Shown piece after piece: positions 18,971-30,100 of a stretch of DNA of 64,000 nt (position 1 is its first letter; the number at the start of each line of letters is the position of its first letter). The stretch is from an uncultured bacterium. Its GTDB lineage: Bacteria; Chloroflexota; UBA5177; JANWHV01. A program made the translations under genes and the position numbers. The notes under the pieces were generated by a model. It saw nothing but the letters and a program-made list of their open reading frames with translations, was not told where the DNA came from and searched no databases. The stretch covers positions 1,024,001 to 1,088,000 of the forward strand of contig CAVSOU010000010.1 of assembly GCA_963729625.1 (NCBI GenBank). The letters are read 5' to 3'.

Positions 18971-19956
18971 TGAGCGATACGTCAAACCAGCCGCTTAAGC
19001 GGTGCGTGGTGTTGGTGACGCCGCGGTCCTTTGGCGCGGACGACCCAGGGCTGCGCCGGGCGCTGGAGGAAGCGGTTGGGGAAGTTCGTTACAACGGCCG
19101 TGGCCGGCCTCTGAAGTCGGCCGAGCTGCAGGTCGAGATACCTGAAGTCGATGGTTTGCTGGCTGGCCTTGACGAGATCGATGCCGCGGTGCTCGCTGCC
19201 GCGCCAAGATTGCGAGTCATTGCCCGGTACGGCACGGGGACAAGCAATGTAGACCTCCGATCAGCTAAAGAACATGGTGTGACGGTGACGAATACGCCGG
19301 ACGCCAACACCGAAGCGGTTGCTGAGCTGACGATCGGCCTGATATTCGACCTCGCACGCTCGATTAGCAGGGCCGATCGGGCTGCCCGATCGGGCACGTG
19401 GAAGGGTATGCGGGGAATCGAGCTGACCGGCAAGACCCTGGGCATCGTAGGGCTCGGCCGGATCGGACGATCCGTAGCTCGGAGAGCGGTGGCCCTTGGT
19501 TGCACGGTCATGGCGTACGACCCAAATCCCGATCTGTCGTTCCCCGGCGCTGACGACATTCACCTGGCGTCGCTCCATGATGTCCTCGCCGAAGCCCACA
19601 TACTGAGCCTGCATGCGCCACTCACCGATCGCACCAGGGGAATGGTGAACCGCGACCTGCTGGCGATGATGCGCGACGACGCGATTCTGGTGAACACGTC
19701 GCGCGGCGAGTTGATCGTCGAACACGACCTCGTGCAGGCGCTTGACGCGGGGCGACTGCGTGGCGCGGCGCTCGATGCGTGGTCTGAAGAACCTCCTCGT
19801 CCCGACAACCCTTTGTTGCACCGTGAGGACGTCGTGGTGACACCGCATATGGGCGCCCACACGGCCGAGGCCGCGTCGGCCATGGGGCGTTGCTCGCTGC
19901 ATGACCTGCTTGCCGTTCTCGCGGGCGAGCCGCCGCTTCATCCGGTTGTCCCGTGA
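18967..19956 (+). CDS. D-2-hydroxyacid/phosphoglycerate dehydrogenase family protein
   Basis: GLGRIG, NTSRG, ALD..EEP, TPHMG. Confidence 0.92.
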   Translation: MMSDTSNQPLKRCVVLVTPRSFGADDPGLRRALEEAVGEVRYNGRGRPLKSAELQVEIPEVDGLLAGLDEIDAAVLAAAPRLRVIARYGTGTSNVDLRSAKEHGVTVTNTPDANTEAVAELTIGLIFDLARSISRADRAARSGTWKGMRGIELTGKTLGIVGLGRIGRSVARRAVALGCTVMAYDPNPDLSFPGADDIHLASLHDVLAEAHILSLHAPLTDRTRGMVNRDLLAMMRDDAILVNTSRGELIVEHDLVQALDAGRLRGAALDAWSEEPPRPDNPLLHREDVVVTPHMGAHTAEAASAMGRCSLHDLLAVLAGEPPLHPVVP

Positions 19957-19998
19957 ATGTGGATGCAGAGCATGCCATCTTTTGAGAGGAACTCCACT

Positions 19999-20970
19999 AT
20001 GAACCGGCAATTCACTTTTATCGGCGTCACTACCACGAAATCTTCGATCATGCAGATCTTCCCCCGCTGGAGGGACTTATTGGGGCTGGGCGCGGACGTC
20101 GGGATAGTCGGTTGGGACCTGCCAATTCACGCCGACGCCGAGCTGTACAGAGCTACGGTACGGCGGCTAAAGGATGACCCACGTAATCTCGGCGCGCTGG
20201 TGACAACGCACAAGCTCGACCTGTATCAGGCGAGCCGCGATCTTCTCGACGATGTAGACCACTACGCGCGTCTGTGCAACGAGGTGTCGTGCTTGGCCAA
20301 ACGAGAAGGGCGCTTGCTTGGTTGGGCCAAAGACCCCATATCTTCCGGTCGCTCGCTCGAAGACATCCTTGGCAGTGGCTACTTTGGCAGGACGGGGGGG
20401 CATGTTCTCTGCTTCGGCGCCGGGGGCTCGGGGGTCGCGATCACGCTGCATCTGATGTCGCGCCCCAACGCGGCGGATCGACCGGCGCATATTGTCGTCA
20501 CGAACAGAAGTCTGGGCCGGCTAACCGCCTTGCAGGTACTGCATCAGCAGATCAATTCCGACGTCTCGGTAGAGTACGTGCAGAGCGCCGATCCATCGAC
20601 CAACGATCGGCTGGTCACGGCACTGCCCCCAGGGTCGCTTGTGATTAACGCGACTGGAATGGGCAAGGACACGCCCGGCTCACCCGTGACGGACGACGTG
20701 CGGTTCCCGGAGCATGGCATCGCCTGGGAGCTGAACTATCGTGGAGAGCTGCCATTTCTGTTTCAGGCGTGGGCCCAGCGACAAACGCGTGACGTGCGTG
20801 TCGAGGACGGCTGGCAGTATTTTATCTACGGGTGGACCTGCGTCATGGAGGAGGTGTTCGAGCGCAAGTTTGGCGCCGAGGACCTGCGTGAGCTTGCGCG
20901 AGCCGCGTCATTCGCGCGACCCGAGCTGCCCACAAACGTTCCAGGCGCCACTCAGGTGTCAACGAATTGA
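19999..20970 (+). CDS. Shikimate dehydrogenase-like protein
   Basis: VTTHK, GAGGSG, NRS, INATGMG, DG motifs. Confidence 0.8.
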   Translation: MNRQFTFIGVTTTKSSIMQIFPRWRDLLGLGADVGIVGWDLPIHADAELYRATVRRLKDDPRNLGALVTTHKLDLYQASRDLLDDVDHYARLCNEVSCLAKREGRLLGWAKDPISSGRSLEDILGSGYFGRTGGHVLCFGAGGSGVAITLHLMSRPNAADRPAHIVVTNRSLGRLTALQVLHQQINSDVSVEYVQSADPSTNDRLVTALPPGSLVINATGMGKDTPGSPVTDDVRFPEHGIAWELNYRGELPFLFQAWAQRQTRDVRVEDGWQYFIYGWTCVMEEVFERKFGAEDLRELARAASFARPELPTNVPGATQVSTN

Positions 20971-20995
20971 CGTTCGGCCAGGAAGCCCATATAAT
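20967..20995 (+). promoter_or_regulatory. Sigma70-type promoter of the gntR-pgi unit
   Basis: TTGACG, 17 bp, TATAAT. Confidence 0.85.
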
Positions 20996-21017
20996 CTTCC
21001 TACACAGGCTCTGCACT

Positions 21018-21031
21018 CTTGTCATTACAGG
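21018..21031. promoter_or_regulatory. GntR-type operator 7 (CTTGTCATTACAGG), autoregulatory position
   Basis: Between the promoter and RBS of the GntR gene. Confidence 0.8.
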
Positions 21032-21048
21032 TTGCGAGGATTGAGCGG

Positions 21049-21849
21049 ATGGCGGTGGACGTGTCAATCCGGCGAGATGTCCCAATACCGTACTACTATC
21101 AGCTGATTCAGGTGCTCCAGGGCGAAATCCAGGCGGGATCGTGGCCGGTGAATGCCGCCATCCCATCCGAGCACGAGCTATGCCGGATGTTTAGCGTGAG
21201 CCGGACCGTTGTCAGGCAAGCGCTCGGCGAACTCGTTACCAAGGGGTTGCTGTACCGCGTGAAGGGCAAGGGCACCTTCGTTGCACCTGCCAAATTGAAC
21301 GAAGCCTTCATACAGCGTTCGGACGGTTTCTACCGCGAGATGACGAGCCGCGGATTCTCAGTACGGTCATCGGTCCTGGAGCAGCGTGTTGTAGAGCCGC
21401 CGCCAAACGTCCAGGATTACCTCCGGCTCGCTGGGACCAGTCCTACGATCAAGATCGAGCGCCTGCGTTTCGTGGACGAGGAGCCGATGCAGATCGCGAC
21501 GACATACATTCCCTACGACCTGTGTCCGGATCTCGTCGCGGCCGACCTGACGACCGGCTCGCTGTACGAGCTGCTGCGCACGCGCTACGGGCTAGCCGTC
21601 GCGTCAGGCAGGCGCGTGCTGGAGGCAGTCCCGGCGCAGCGACCGATCAGCACGTTGCTCGGCGTCAGCAAGGGCGCGCCGCTATTCAAGATGGAGAGCA
21701 TCAGCTACCTGCGAGACGGTGAGCCGCTTGAGTACTATGTCGCGTGGCATCGTGGTGATCGCAGCAAGTTCGAGATTGAGATGATCGTCGGCGCGGATGC
21801 TTCAAGAGCACCATTGGCGGCACGTGCCATTCTGACCAAGCCTGATTGA
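21049..21849 (+). CDS. GntR family regulator (HutC/UTRA subfamily)
   Basis: PSEHEL, VSRTVVRQAL, GKGTFV wHTH; UTRA-like C-terminus (SLYELL, RGDR). Confidence 0.95.
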   Translation: MAVDVSIRRDVPIPYYYQLIQVLQGEIQAGSWPVNAAIPSEHELCRMFSVSRTVVRQALGELVTKGLLYRVKGKGTFVAPAKLNEAFIQRSDGFYREMTSRGFSVRSSVLEQRVVEPPPNVQDYLRLAGTSPTIKIERLRFVDEEPMQIATTYIPYDLCPDLVAADLTTGSLYELLRTRYGLAVASGRRVLEAVPAQRPISTLLGVSKGAPLFKMESISYLRDGEPLEYYVAWHRGDRSKFEIEMIVGADASRAPLAARAILTKPD

Positions 21850-21877
21850 CGTAGCCAACGATGTTGAGGATCGTTCG

Positions 21878-22468
21878 ATGACTGATCGCCCCTACAGCTT
21901 CGGCGTCTCGCTCCCGGGTGGCCGGCCCAGCCGGAATTCACGTCATATCGAGCGCCGCCTCTCCTCGATGCGCGGACAATACGAAGACCACGAGGCCTAC
22001 GCGTCGATGCTGCGAGCAGACGACTGTTTACTGTATGAAGTGTATGAGCTCGAGCGACCGGCCGAACTCGGGGAAGTCTTGCACGGCGTCTCGATCGTGC
22101 ATCCGGGCAGGGTCGGCGAAGAATACTTCATGACGAAGGGCCACTTCCACGCGGTACTCGAAACGGCGGAAGTGTACCACTGCATTAGCGGAGGCGGTGC
22201 CATGGTGATGGAGACACCGGAAGGGGACTGGGCAGTCGAGCCGATGAGTGCAGGCACAATCCTCTACGTTCCACCCCGCTGGGCCCACCGTTCCGTAAAC
22301 ACCAGCCCCGACACCGATCTGATAACGGTGTTCGCCTACCCGGGCAACGCCGGCCATGACTATGGCAGCATTGAGCGGCAGGGGTTCCGCAAACTCGTTG
22401 TTGCGCGTGATGGCCAGCCGGTCACTATTGATAATCCCCGATGGATAGCGCCGGCGGGACGATCGTAA
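21878..22468 (+). CDS. Cupin-type (archaeal-like) glucose-6-phosphate isomerase
   Basis: EYFMTKGHFH, AEVY, WAHRSVNT, AGHDYG signature. Confidence 0.9.
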   Translation: MTDRPYSFGVSLPGGRPSRNSRHIERRLSSMRGQYEDHEAYASMLRADDCLLYEVYELERPAELGEVLHGVSIVHPGRVGEEYFMTKGHFHAVLETAEVYHCISGGGAMVMETPEGDWAVEPMSAGTILYVPPRWAHRSVNTSPDTDLITVFAYPGNAGHDYGSIERQGFRKLVVARDGQPVTIDNPRWIAPAGRS

Positions 22469-22830
22469 GCGCCCCGATTGTCCAAAGATCGAAACGGGCA
22501 ACGGCCGCGCGGGCTTGGTCCCGTCTCTGAGCGGGATTGCCCTGACTACCGCATCTGGCTCGATGCGGGCCGTTGTTTAGGCGAACCAGGCGACAACCGA
22601 TCTCAGGGGCCACGCGTCAGCGCATTGGCAGCGGCCCCTGCGCGGGCGTATCATCACGGCGTCGCCTTAGTGTCCATCGTGGACCGTTCCAGGATTGGTA
22701 GCCCTCCGCGCACAGCTGGCAGGCACACAACCCTGCCGCTGGGCTTTTCTGTGCCTGCGCCAGTCGTCGCACGCTGGAGCGCCGTGCGAATGGGAGTGCG
22801 GGTGCCCTACTTTCAGGGATTGGCATTGAA

Positions 22831-24072
22831 GTGCTGACGATCAGATACGTTTCAAGGCTGCGCAATGGCGGTGCGGTTCCTCAGGTCCTGCTCTCACAGG
22901 TGTTTATAAACATCGGCCTCGGCACCTTCGGTGTCCTGTACAATCTCTACCTCACCGCGGTTGGTCAATCGCTGGCCTTTATTGGCACATTCAATGCCCT
23001 GAGCCTTCTGGCCCTGGGGGCGAGCGCCATTCCCATCGGCGCCGCGACACGTGCCGTAGGCCACCGACGCACGCTCAGCGCCGGCGCTGTGCTGCTGGTC
23101 GTGGTCCAGCTGGTGTTGGCGACCAGCACCGCGCCTACGCCCTTGCTGCTCGCTGGGGTAATGTGGGGGATTGCCCAGGCCTTGAGTACCGTGCCGGTGG
23201 CGCCGCTGATCAGTGAAAGTGTTCCGGGTACACAGCGCGTTATCGCGTTCGGCAGGCTGTACGCCGCATGGTCGCTTGCCGCCGTGGTGGGAAGCGTATT
23301 GGGCGGTATTCTTCCGGGAGCTCTTGCCGCTGTGCTGTCGCTGGGGCCGTCGAACGGGACCGCCGCATATCGCGGCGCTTTGCTGATCACGACGGTCATC
23401 ACGTTGCTGGGCTGGCCGCTCCTGCTGGTGCCGATGGCGACTCCAGTACAGCGCACCAGCCAGGTCCAGGTAGACGAGTCCATGGGCGCAGCCTGGGCTC
23501 TCCGCTCAGTAGGGCGCACGGCCGGAGCCGTGGCAGTCACAATGGCCCTATACAGCTTTGCATGTGGTTTGGTGGCTCCGTTCATGAATGTGTACTTCGC
23601 GGAGCGGCTGCACGAACCAACCGCACTTATTGGCGTGCTATTCGCGGCAGCCTCGCTCCTGGGAGTGGTCGGCAGCCTGCTCGGTCCCCGGGTGAGTTGG
23701 CGCCTGGGAAACGTCCGAGGTGTGGCGGTGATGCGCCTCGCCATCGTCCCCTGCCTCCTCGCCCTCACCCTTGGCACACTGCTCCCGCTCCTGGCGATGG
23801 CAGGCTTCGTGCTGCGCTCCGGGCTCGTGTTCACCGCTGGCGCGCTCGACGCGCACTTCACGCTCGCCGCGGTCCCCGCCCGGCGTCGAGCTCTGCTCTC
23901 CGGCCTGCGCACGGGCACCTACAACCTCTTCTTCGCGCTCGGCACGTGGGGTGCTGGGCATCTGATCCCCGACCTCGGGTACCCCGTCCTGTTTATCTGG
24001 AGTGCCACTATCACCACCGTGGGCGGCCTGCTCTTCCTCGCAGTGTTTAGCCTGCCTCGTGTAGCACGCTGA
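22831..24072 (+). CDS. MFS transporter
   Basis: About 12 hydrophobic helices; VLYNLYL and PFMNVYF motifs. Confidence 0.85.
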   Translation: MLTIRYVSRLRNGGAVPQVLLSQVFINIGLGTFGVLYNLYLTAVGQSLAFIGTFNALSLLALGASAIPIGAATRAVGHRRTLSAGAVLLVVVQLVLATSTAPTPLLLAGVMWGIAQALSTVPVAPLISESVPGTQRVIAFGRLYAAWSLAAVVGSVLGGILPGALAAVLSLGPSNGTAAYRGALLITTVITLLGWPLLLVPMATPVQRTSQVQVDESMGAAWALRSVGRTAGAVAVTMALYSFACGLVAPFMNVYFAERLHEPTALIGVLFAAASLLGVVGSLLGPRVSWRLGNVRGVAVMRLAIVPCLLALTLGTLLPLLAMAGFVLRSGLVFTAGALDAHFTLAAVPARRRALLSGLRTGTYNLFFALGTWGAGHLIPDLGYPVLFIWSATITTVGGLLFLAVFSLPRVAR

Positions 24073-24327
24073 CGCTCACACATGAGCAGCCCGAACGAGA
24101 CGACAAAGCCGTATGCAGTACATGGCGACGTACTCGACGATCGTGAACGCATCGATTGCCATCGGCCCTTGCTGGGCACGTTCCTGTTGAGTGTCTCCGG
24201 CCCTGCGCTTGCGTTTGCGGTGGCCGCGATCCTCATCTTTTTCCGGAGCATGTTGCTCCTGGTGTCCGAATCCGCCGGAGATGCGCGGCCAGCCGCATCG
24301 GCGCGATGCTGGCGCCGGGTTGATCAG

Positions 24328-26989
24328 TCAGGACGCCTTGAAGATCGTAATGCTGCCGGAATGGTCGGTCTCCGGAACGCCGCCGTTGACGACAACCACC
24401 AGTCCGAGTCGCTCATCGACGGCCACTGCAACGGGCTGAGTGCCGACGTGCACTGCGCGAACCACCCGGCCGGTAGAAGCGCTGAGAACGCTGACGGTGT
24501 CGCTGCCCTGATTCGCCACATAGACTCGGCCGCGCATGCTGTCGAGCGCGGCGGCGCTCGGCAATGTGCCCACTCTCACGACGCTCAGGAGTTTGCCGAG
24601 CGTGGCGTCCAGAACGGCGACCGTGCCATCAGCGGGATCCAGGACGAATGCATGTCTGCTGCGAAAGTCGACGAGGATCGATCGTGACGTGGAGCCAATG
24701 TGGGCCGGCGATCGAAGCCGGGCTCCCTCGATCAGCGCGACATCGCCACCGAGCGACACCAGCGCGCCGTCCCTATCCGCCGCCACCGCCCACGGCAGTG
24801 CATCACCCAAGTGGATAGACGCGAGGAGCTTCCCGCTGTGGCCGTCCAGCGTCAGCAAGCTGCTGGGACTCACTTGGTCCAGGACGTAGACGCGGCTACC
24901 GTCATCGCTCACGGAAACAGCATACGGATCGCCAGAGACTACGCAGCCGACAATCGCCAACGTGGCCGCGTCAAACGTACAGGTACGCCGGCCGGCGATC
25001 ACAATCAGCCGATTCGTGGGTGCATCGACAGCTAGCGCGTAGGGAGCGCCGCCGTTAGTCATGCCGCTAACCGATATGGCTTTCCCGGCAGACCGTCCGG
25101 TCCGACTATCGTACACACCGATTGTATTGCCGACCCCGTTGGCCACAAACAAACGATGAGTAGCTGCGTCGATCGCCATCATCCAGGGTGCGGCGCCGGT
25201 AGGCTGGTCGGAAGACAGGCGCCGGGTGGTGAGGTCGATAGCCTGCAGCCGATTCTGCCCTGAAATAGCAACGAAGGCAAGTCCTCTGGTAGAGTCCACG
25301 GCCAGAAGCCCGGCATTCCCGGACGGAGCGTGCGTGCCGGCAAGCGGAGCGTGGGCGAGCTGCACGAAGCAAGTGGATGCGCATGCGGCCGGGACAGCGG
25401 TTCTGGTCGCCGTGGCGGTCGGCCGGCGCGTTGCCGTCGCCGTGGCGGTCGGCCGGCGCGTTGCCGTCACCGTGGCGGTCGGTCGGCGCGTTACCGTCGC
25501 CGTGGCGGTCGGCCGGCGCGTTATCCGTCGCCGTGGCGGTCGGACGGCGCGTTGCTGTCACCGTGGCGGTCGGCCTCATTGTCGGGGTCGCCGTGAGCGT
25601 TGGGGTGCTTCTCGCCGTGGGGGTGCGGGCAACGATGGCGGGCGTACGCGACCCAGCTCCGCCTGTGGCCGGTACCGCCAGCGCGCGCATGATGTAGATA
25701 CGGACACCGCCGACGCGGGCACTGCGCGACCCTAAAGCGGTGATGCTGTTCCATCCTAAAGGCGCGGACCTGGGTACCTGGAATGTGAGGGCTGCGAATC
25801 GGCCGCTGGAGTCGACAGTGGCTGCTTGCACAAATGCGCCATCGAAACGGACTATCACAATTTCCTTTGCGGCAAAATGAGTCCCGCTGACCGCGATCCG
25901 ACCACCGCGCCGGGCACTTGCAGGATGCACAGATAGTGCGGGATTCACCACAGCGGTGAGCAGGAGGGTCGCTACGGCTGATCGACGACTGTGGCTTCCA
26001 GTTGCCGTCACCCTGTGACGCCCTACCCCGAAGTCGGCGCGGATGCTCATCGAGAACCTACCGGCCTCGTCGCTCGTCACACCGGCGACCGGCATGCGGT
26101 CGACGGTGATCACGACGCGCTCCCTAGCGGCAAACCCGGCGCCCGCCAAGGTGGTATGGCCACCCACTTCTAGCGAACCGGGATTCAGCGCCACGTGAGC
26201 CGGCAAACCGACGATGGTCAGAACAGCAGCTGCCGTGTTGCCGCTTACACTCCCGGTTGCCGATACCTCGTGCAATCCCGGCTGTAGCCCAGCCGGCGCG
26301 CGCACCGCAGCCGTCTCGAAACTTCCGGACATGTCGGCGATCGCAGTACTGACGACGACGCCATCGAGCGCGACGGTAAGGGTCTCTCGTGGCATGAAGC
26401 CGCTACCCGAGGCGACAAAGGTCGAGCCAGGCGTGCAGCTTGGGGGACTGACGTCAAGCACCACGGCAGGAGCCGCTCGCAAAACCACGAGCGCTGCACC
26501 CGTAGCAGTCCGGCCACTTGACATGCCGATCAGCCTGATCGAGTACGTGCCGGGAGCCGCTCCTGCCGGCACCCTGAAGGCGTAGCCATCGAGCCTGCCG
26601 GCCGCATCCGCCAGGCCATAGCCGGTGAATCGATCCGAAAAGCTCAGCAGGAGTCGCTCGCCCGGGCTAAATCCGCTCCCTGTTACCACCAGCACGTCGC
26701 CCGCACGCACGACGGGCGGGGTCAATGTCACGGTCGTGACGTATGGTGCTACCGGCGTCGCGGTTGGCGCCGGCGTGATCGTAGGGCTAATCGTCACCGT
26801 ATTCTCACTCAATGGCATGTAGGGATCCTGGCGAGTAGGCGATTGCGCTCCCACCAAAACCGTGGCAGGCTGTGCACGTACGCTCGAAGACGTCGCAAAC
26901 GGCAGGGGACCGATAGTGGTTATGGCAATAGACCATGCAACTGCAATGGCAACGGTACGTGTGAGCAGGGATCGTGCTCGAATCGCCAT
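24328..26989 (-). pseudogene. Secreted Ig/IPT-like repeat + Thr/Pro linker + YVTN beta-propeller protein, split by a +1 frameshift near 25524 (about 886 aa if restored)
   Basis: ORF 25106..27055 (signal peptide, repeated GxGFxPxE modules) and ORF 24328..25470 (YVANQGSDTVSV blades) join in frame if one base is removed from a 31-nt copy of a 30-bp repeat. Confidence 0.75.
25406..25575. repeat. 30-bp tandem repeat (about 5.5 copies) encoding TATATRRPTA-like units
   Basis: Unit CGTGGCGGTCGGCCGGCGCGTTGCCGTCGC starting at 25411, 25441, 25471, 25501 (31 nt), 25532, 25562 (partial). Confidence 0.9.
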
Positions 26990-27191
26990 GTTACCGCGCA
27001 CCTTTGGTGTTCTCTGATCCATGAACATACCGGTCAAGACTCTCCAGGCCAGCACGCCAACCGCATCATACCTCCACGTCGGCAGTGCCTGCCATAGTCA
27101 TTCAAGTGTCAGGCGGTGGCGCGAGCGGGAAGTAGGCCCTCGTATGATGTTACGCGCCGGCACATGCCGGCAACGTGTTTGAGGTGCGCAC

Positions 27192-30100
27192 GTGAATCTG
27201 CGAGTAGGCTCCGATGTCGGGCCCTACACCATCGAGAGCGTCGTCGGCGCCGGCAGTTCGGCTACGGTGTATCGGGCACGGCATCGGCTTCACCAACGGG
27301 TCGACGCGCTGAAAGTCTTTCATGACGCGGTGGCGGCCGATGCGAGCTTTCAGGCGCGCTTCTATGGCGTGGCAGAGGAGCTGGCCCGGCTCAAGCATCC
27401 GAACATCGTGCAGCTCTTTGACGTGCAGGCCGGCGACAAGTTCGCTCTGGCGATGGAGTTCGTCTCCGGCGGCACAGCACTCGATCTCCTTCGGCGGTAT
27501 CCGCCCGGGACGCTTCCGCTACCGGTGGTGCTCAAGCTGACAACGGAGACTGCCGATGCGCTCGAGCACGCACACAGGAATGGCATATGCCACGGAGACA
27601 TCGACCCAGGGAGTATCCTGCTCAGCACATCTGGAGCCGGCAGCGCGGTAACCTACACGGCGAAGCTCCGTGATTTCGGTCTGGCACAGCTCGTATCCGG
27701 AACTCAAGCCTCTTCAAAGCAACTCTTGCCAAGCTCGCTCACCTATATGGCGCCTGAGCATTTCAATGGCGCGCCATGCGACGCCCAAAGCGATTTGTAT
27801 TCACTTGGGGTGGTACTTTACCAGCTGGTCGTAGGTGAGCCACCGTTTGAGCCGGTTTCCTGGCGTGTAGCCAAGCAGCAGCATCTATTCGCCGACGTTC
27901 CGCGTCCATCCGATCGGCGCGATGCCGTGCCGCCCGCGCTCGACGCGATTATTCTGCGCCTTCTGGCAAAGCAACCCGAGGGTCGATATCCATCGGCAGA
28001 TCACGTTGCGGTGGGACTTCGACGGGCGCGCCTGGAGCTGACGAAGCACACCAGAATCGTCGCCGCGCCCCAGATCGTCGCGCCGATTGAGAATTCGCCG
28101 CCCGTGCCTGCCGCGATCCCTCCGAATCAGACGACTTCCGCGCCTACCGGTCCAGCCGATGGTCGGGAGACCAACGTTCAGATGGTTTCCATTGACCTCG
28201 AGCCGCAAGCGCTGGGAGGCAGTGCGGTGTCCGCGGAGACTCCTGGGGTTGCCTCGGACACCCCGAAGACCGAAATCGCCACCCCGAGGGCCATGGGCTC
28301 GGCAGACCAACGCGCCCTTGAAGCAACGTTCCCAAGCCCCGGCAGATCCGACATGTCCATTGCCCGTCCAGACGTGCACGCGCAGACCGCGCTCCTCACG
28401 AATGCTGGTCCCGCTGCCGCGACATCGGAGCCAGATGCGGACGGCGTTGGCCCTGATACAGCAGTGACCAGGCTGACTGTAGCCGCGGCGTCCGCAGCAC
28501 ACCGAGATCGCCTCCCGATGTTGTACAAAGTGGCCCTGGCAGTGGGGTTCGTCCTGCTTCTGCTTGCTCTCCTGCTGCAGCGACTGATGCCAGCCGGTCC
28601 CTCTCTGAGCCAACCGCCAGACGCATCTTTCGGTGCCCACCTGATCGGGGCCATTCCTGCTGCGGAGCAGCTGATGACCTTCAGCAACAGCGGAGGAGCG
28701 AGCCTGTCGTTTCATCTGAGCATCGCACCTGCCGGTCAGAAAGAATTCACGGTCAAGCCTCAGGATTCGCACCTCTGCGGCATGACCGCCCTTCGGCAGG
28801 CAGGCCTGATTGCGGCTCATAGTAGCTGCACGCTTGTGGTGAGCTTCCTCCCCAGATCGACAGGCCAAGCCGTAGCGTACTTGCTCGTGCTCAGCAACGC
28901 CGGCGAGCGCACGGTCCGGCTCAGCGGCTCCGGTGTTGGCACGTTGGCCGTTCGGTATGATGCCGCGGAGCTGATCGCGCCAACTCGCGCGCTCCCGTCC
29001 AGTGCCAAGGTTCAGTTCACGCTGGTAAACCGGAGCGTTGCCGTGCTGGCGATCAAAGCATCCACGAGTCACACGCGCGACTTCAGTATTGTCGCCGGCC
29101 GCGGCCAATGTCTGATGCGCCGACAAGGGGACTCCTGCACGTTGGCACTCCTCTTCCGGCCTCGCGTGAGCGGCCGACGGACAGGTACGCTCGTGCTGGA
29201 AGAGAAATTCGCCCTTGCAATGCAGACCATAACCAAGATCGAACGCCTTGATTTACGCGGTGACGGCGCGGTGTTCACAACGGCGTCGGACGGCAGTGCG
29301 ATGGCTAGCGGCCTCCGTTTTGGTCGGGGCGATGTAGGCACCAGTAGCCTGCGTGCATTCACCATGACTGTCGCCGGCATCACGAGGCTACCCAAGCTCA
29401 CAGGAAGTATCACCGGCGCCAAGGACTTCTCCATAGCTGCTATGTCCTGCGGCTGGATCTCCTCGCGGACGGCCTCCTGCACTGTGCGTGTCCGATTCCT
29501 TCCCACCTTTGGCCTCGGCACAACATCCTCCCACGTCGCGCGGACTGCTGAGCTGCGGCTGGCGGTACCCGCCCTGGGATGGGCGTATGCCGTCCCGTTG
29601 CAAGGACAGTTAGCCTTACCGCTAGCCGACTTTGGCAGCCCATCGACGATTGCACTTCCAGCGGCACGTGTGGGGACGACCACAACGCCGTCGACCATCA
29701 CCGTCGCAAACAGAGGAACCGCCCCATTACTCGTGGCCAGAATCACTCATTCCACAACTGACAGTTTCGCAGTGAAGAGTGATTGCGTGGGCCGCCACGT
29801 TTTGCCAGGCAGATCCTGCCGAATCGAAGTCGACTTTAGGCCGCAGCACGCCGGGCTCGCCAGGTTCAACCTTGTCGTCGCGACCAATGACCCCGACCTC
29901 GAGCGACGTACTGCGTCGTTCACGTTCAATGGAATCGGAGTGCAGCTGCTGACGAAATTGCCCCCGGTAATTGACCTTGGAGGAGTACACGAGCGTGCCA
30001 CTGTGCGTCGAACGAAGACCTTCACAATCGCGGGGATTGGCGGCGACTTCACTGTGACCCCGCACGCCGGTGGCGGCGACGGCCCCGACTACCACGCCAG

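Noticed and set aside
24082-24687. 201-aa plus-strand ORF with a hydrophobic stretch
   Set aside because: More than half overlaps the propeller gene on the opposite strand; no recognisable family
25406-25575. 30-bp repeats as a possible CRISPR array (also 30654..30830)
   Set aside because: Head-to-tail with no spacers, encode Thr/Pro linkers, and no cas genes
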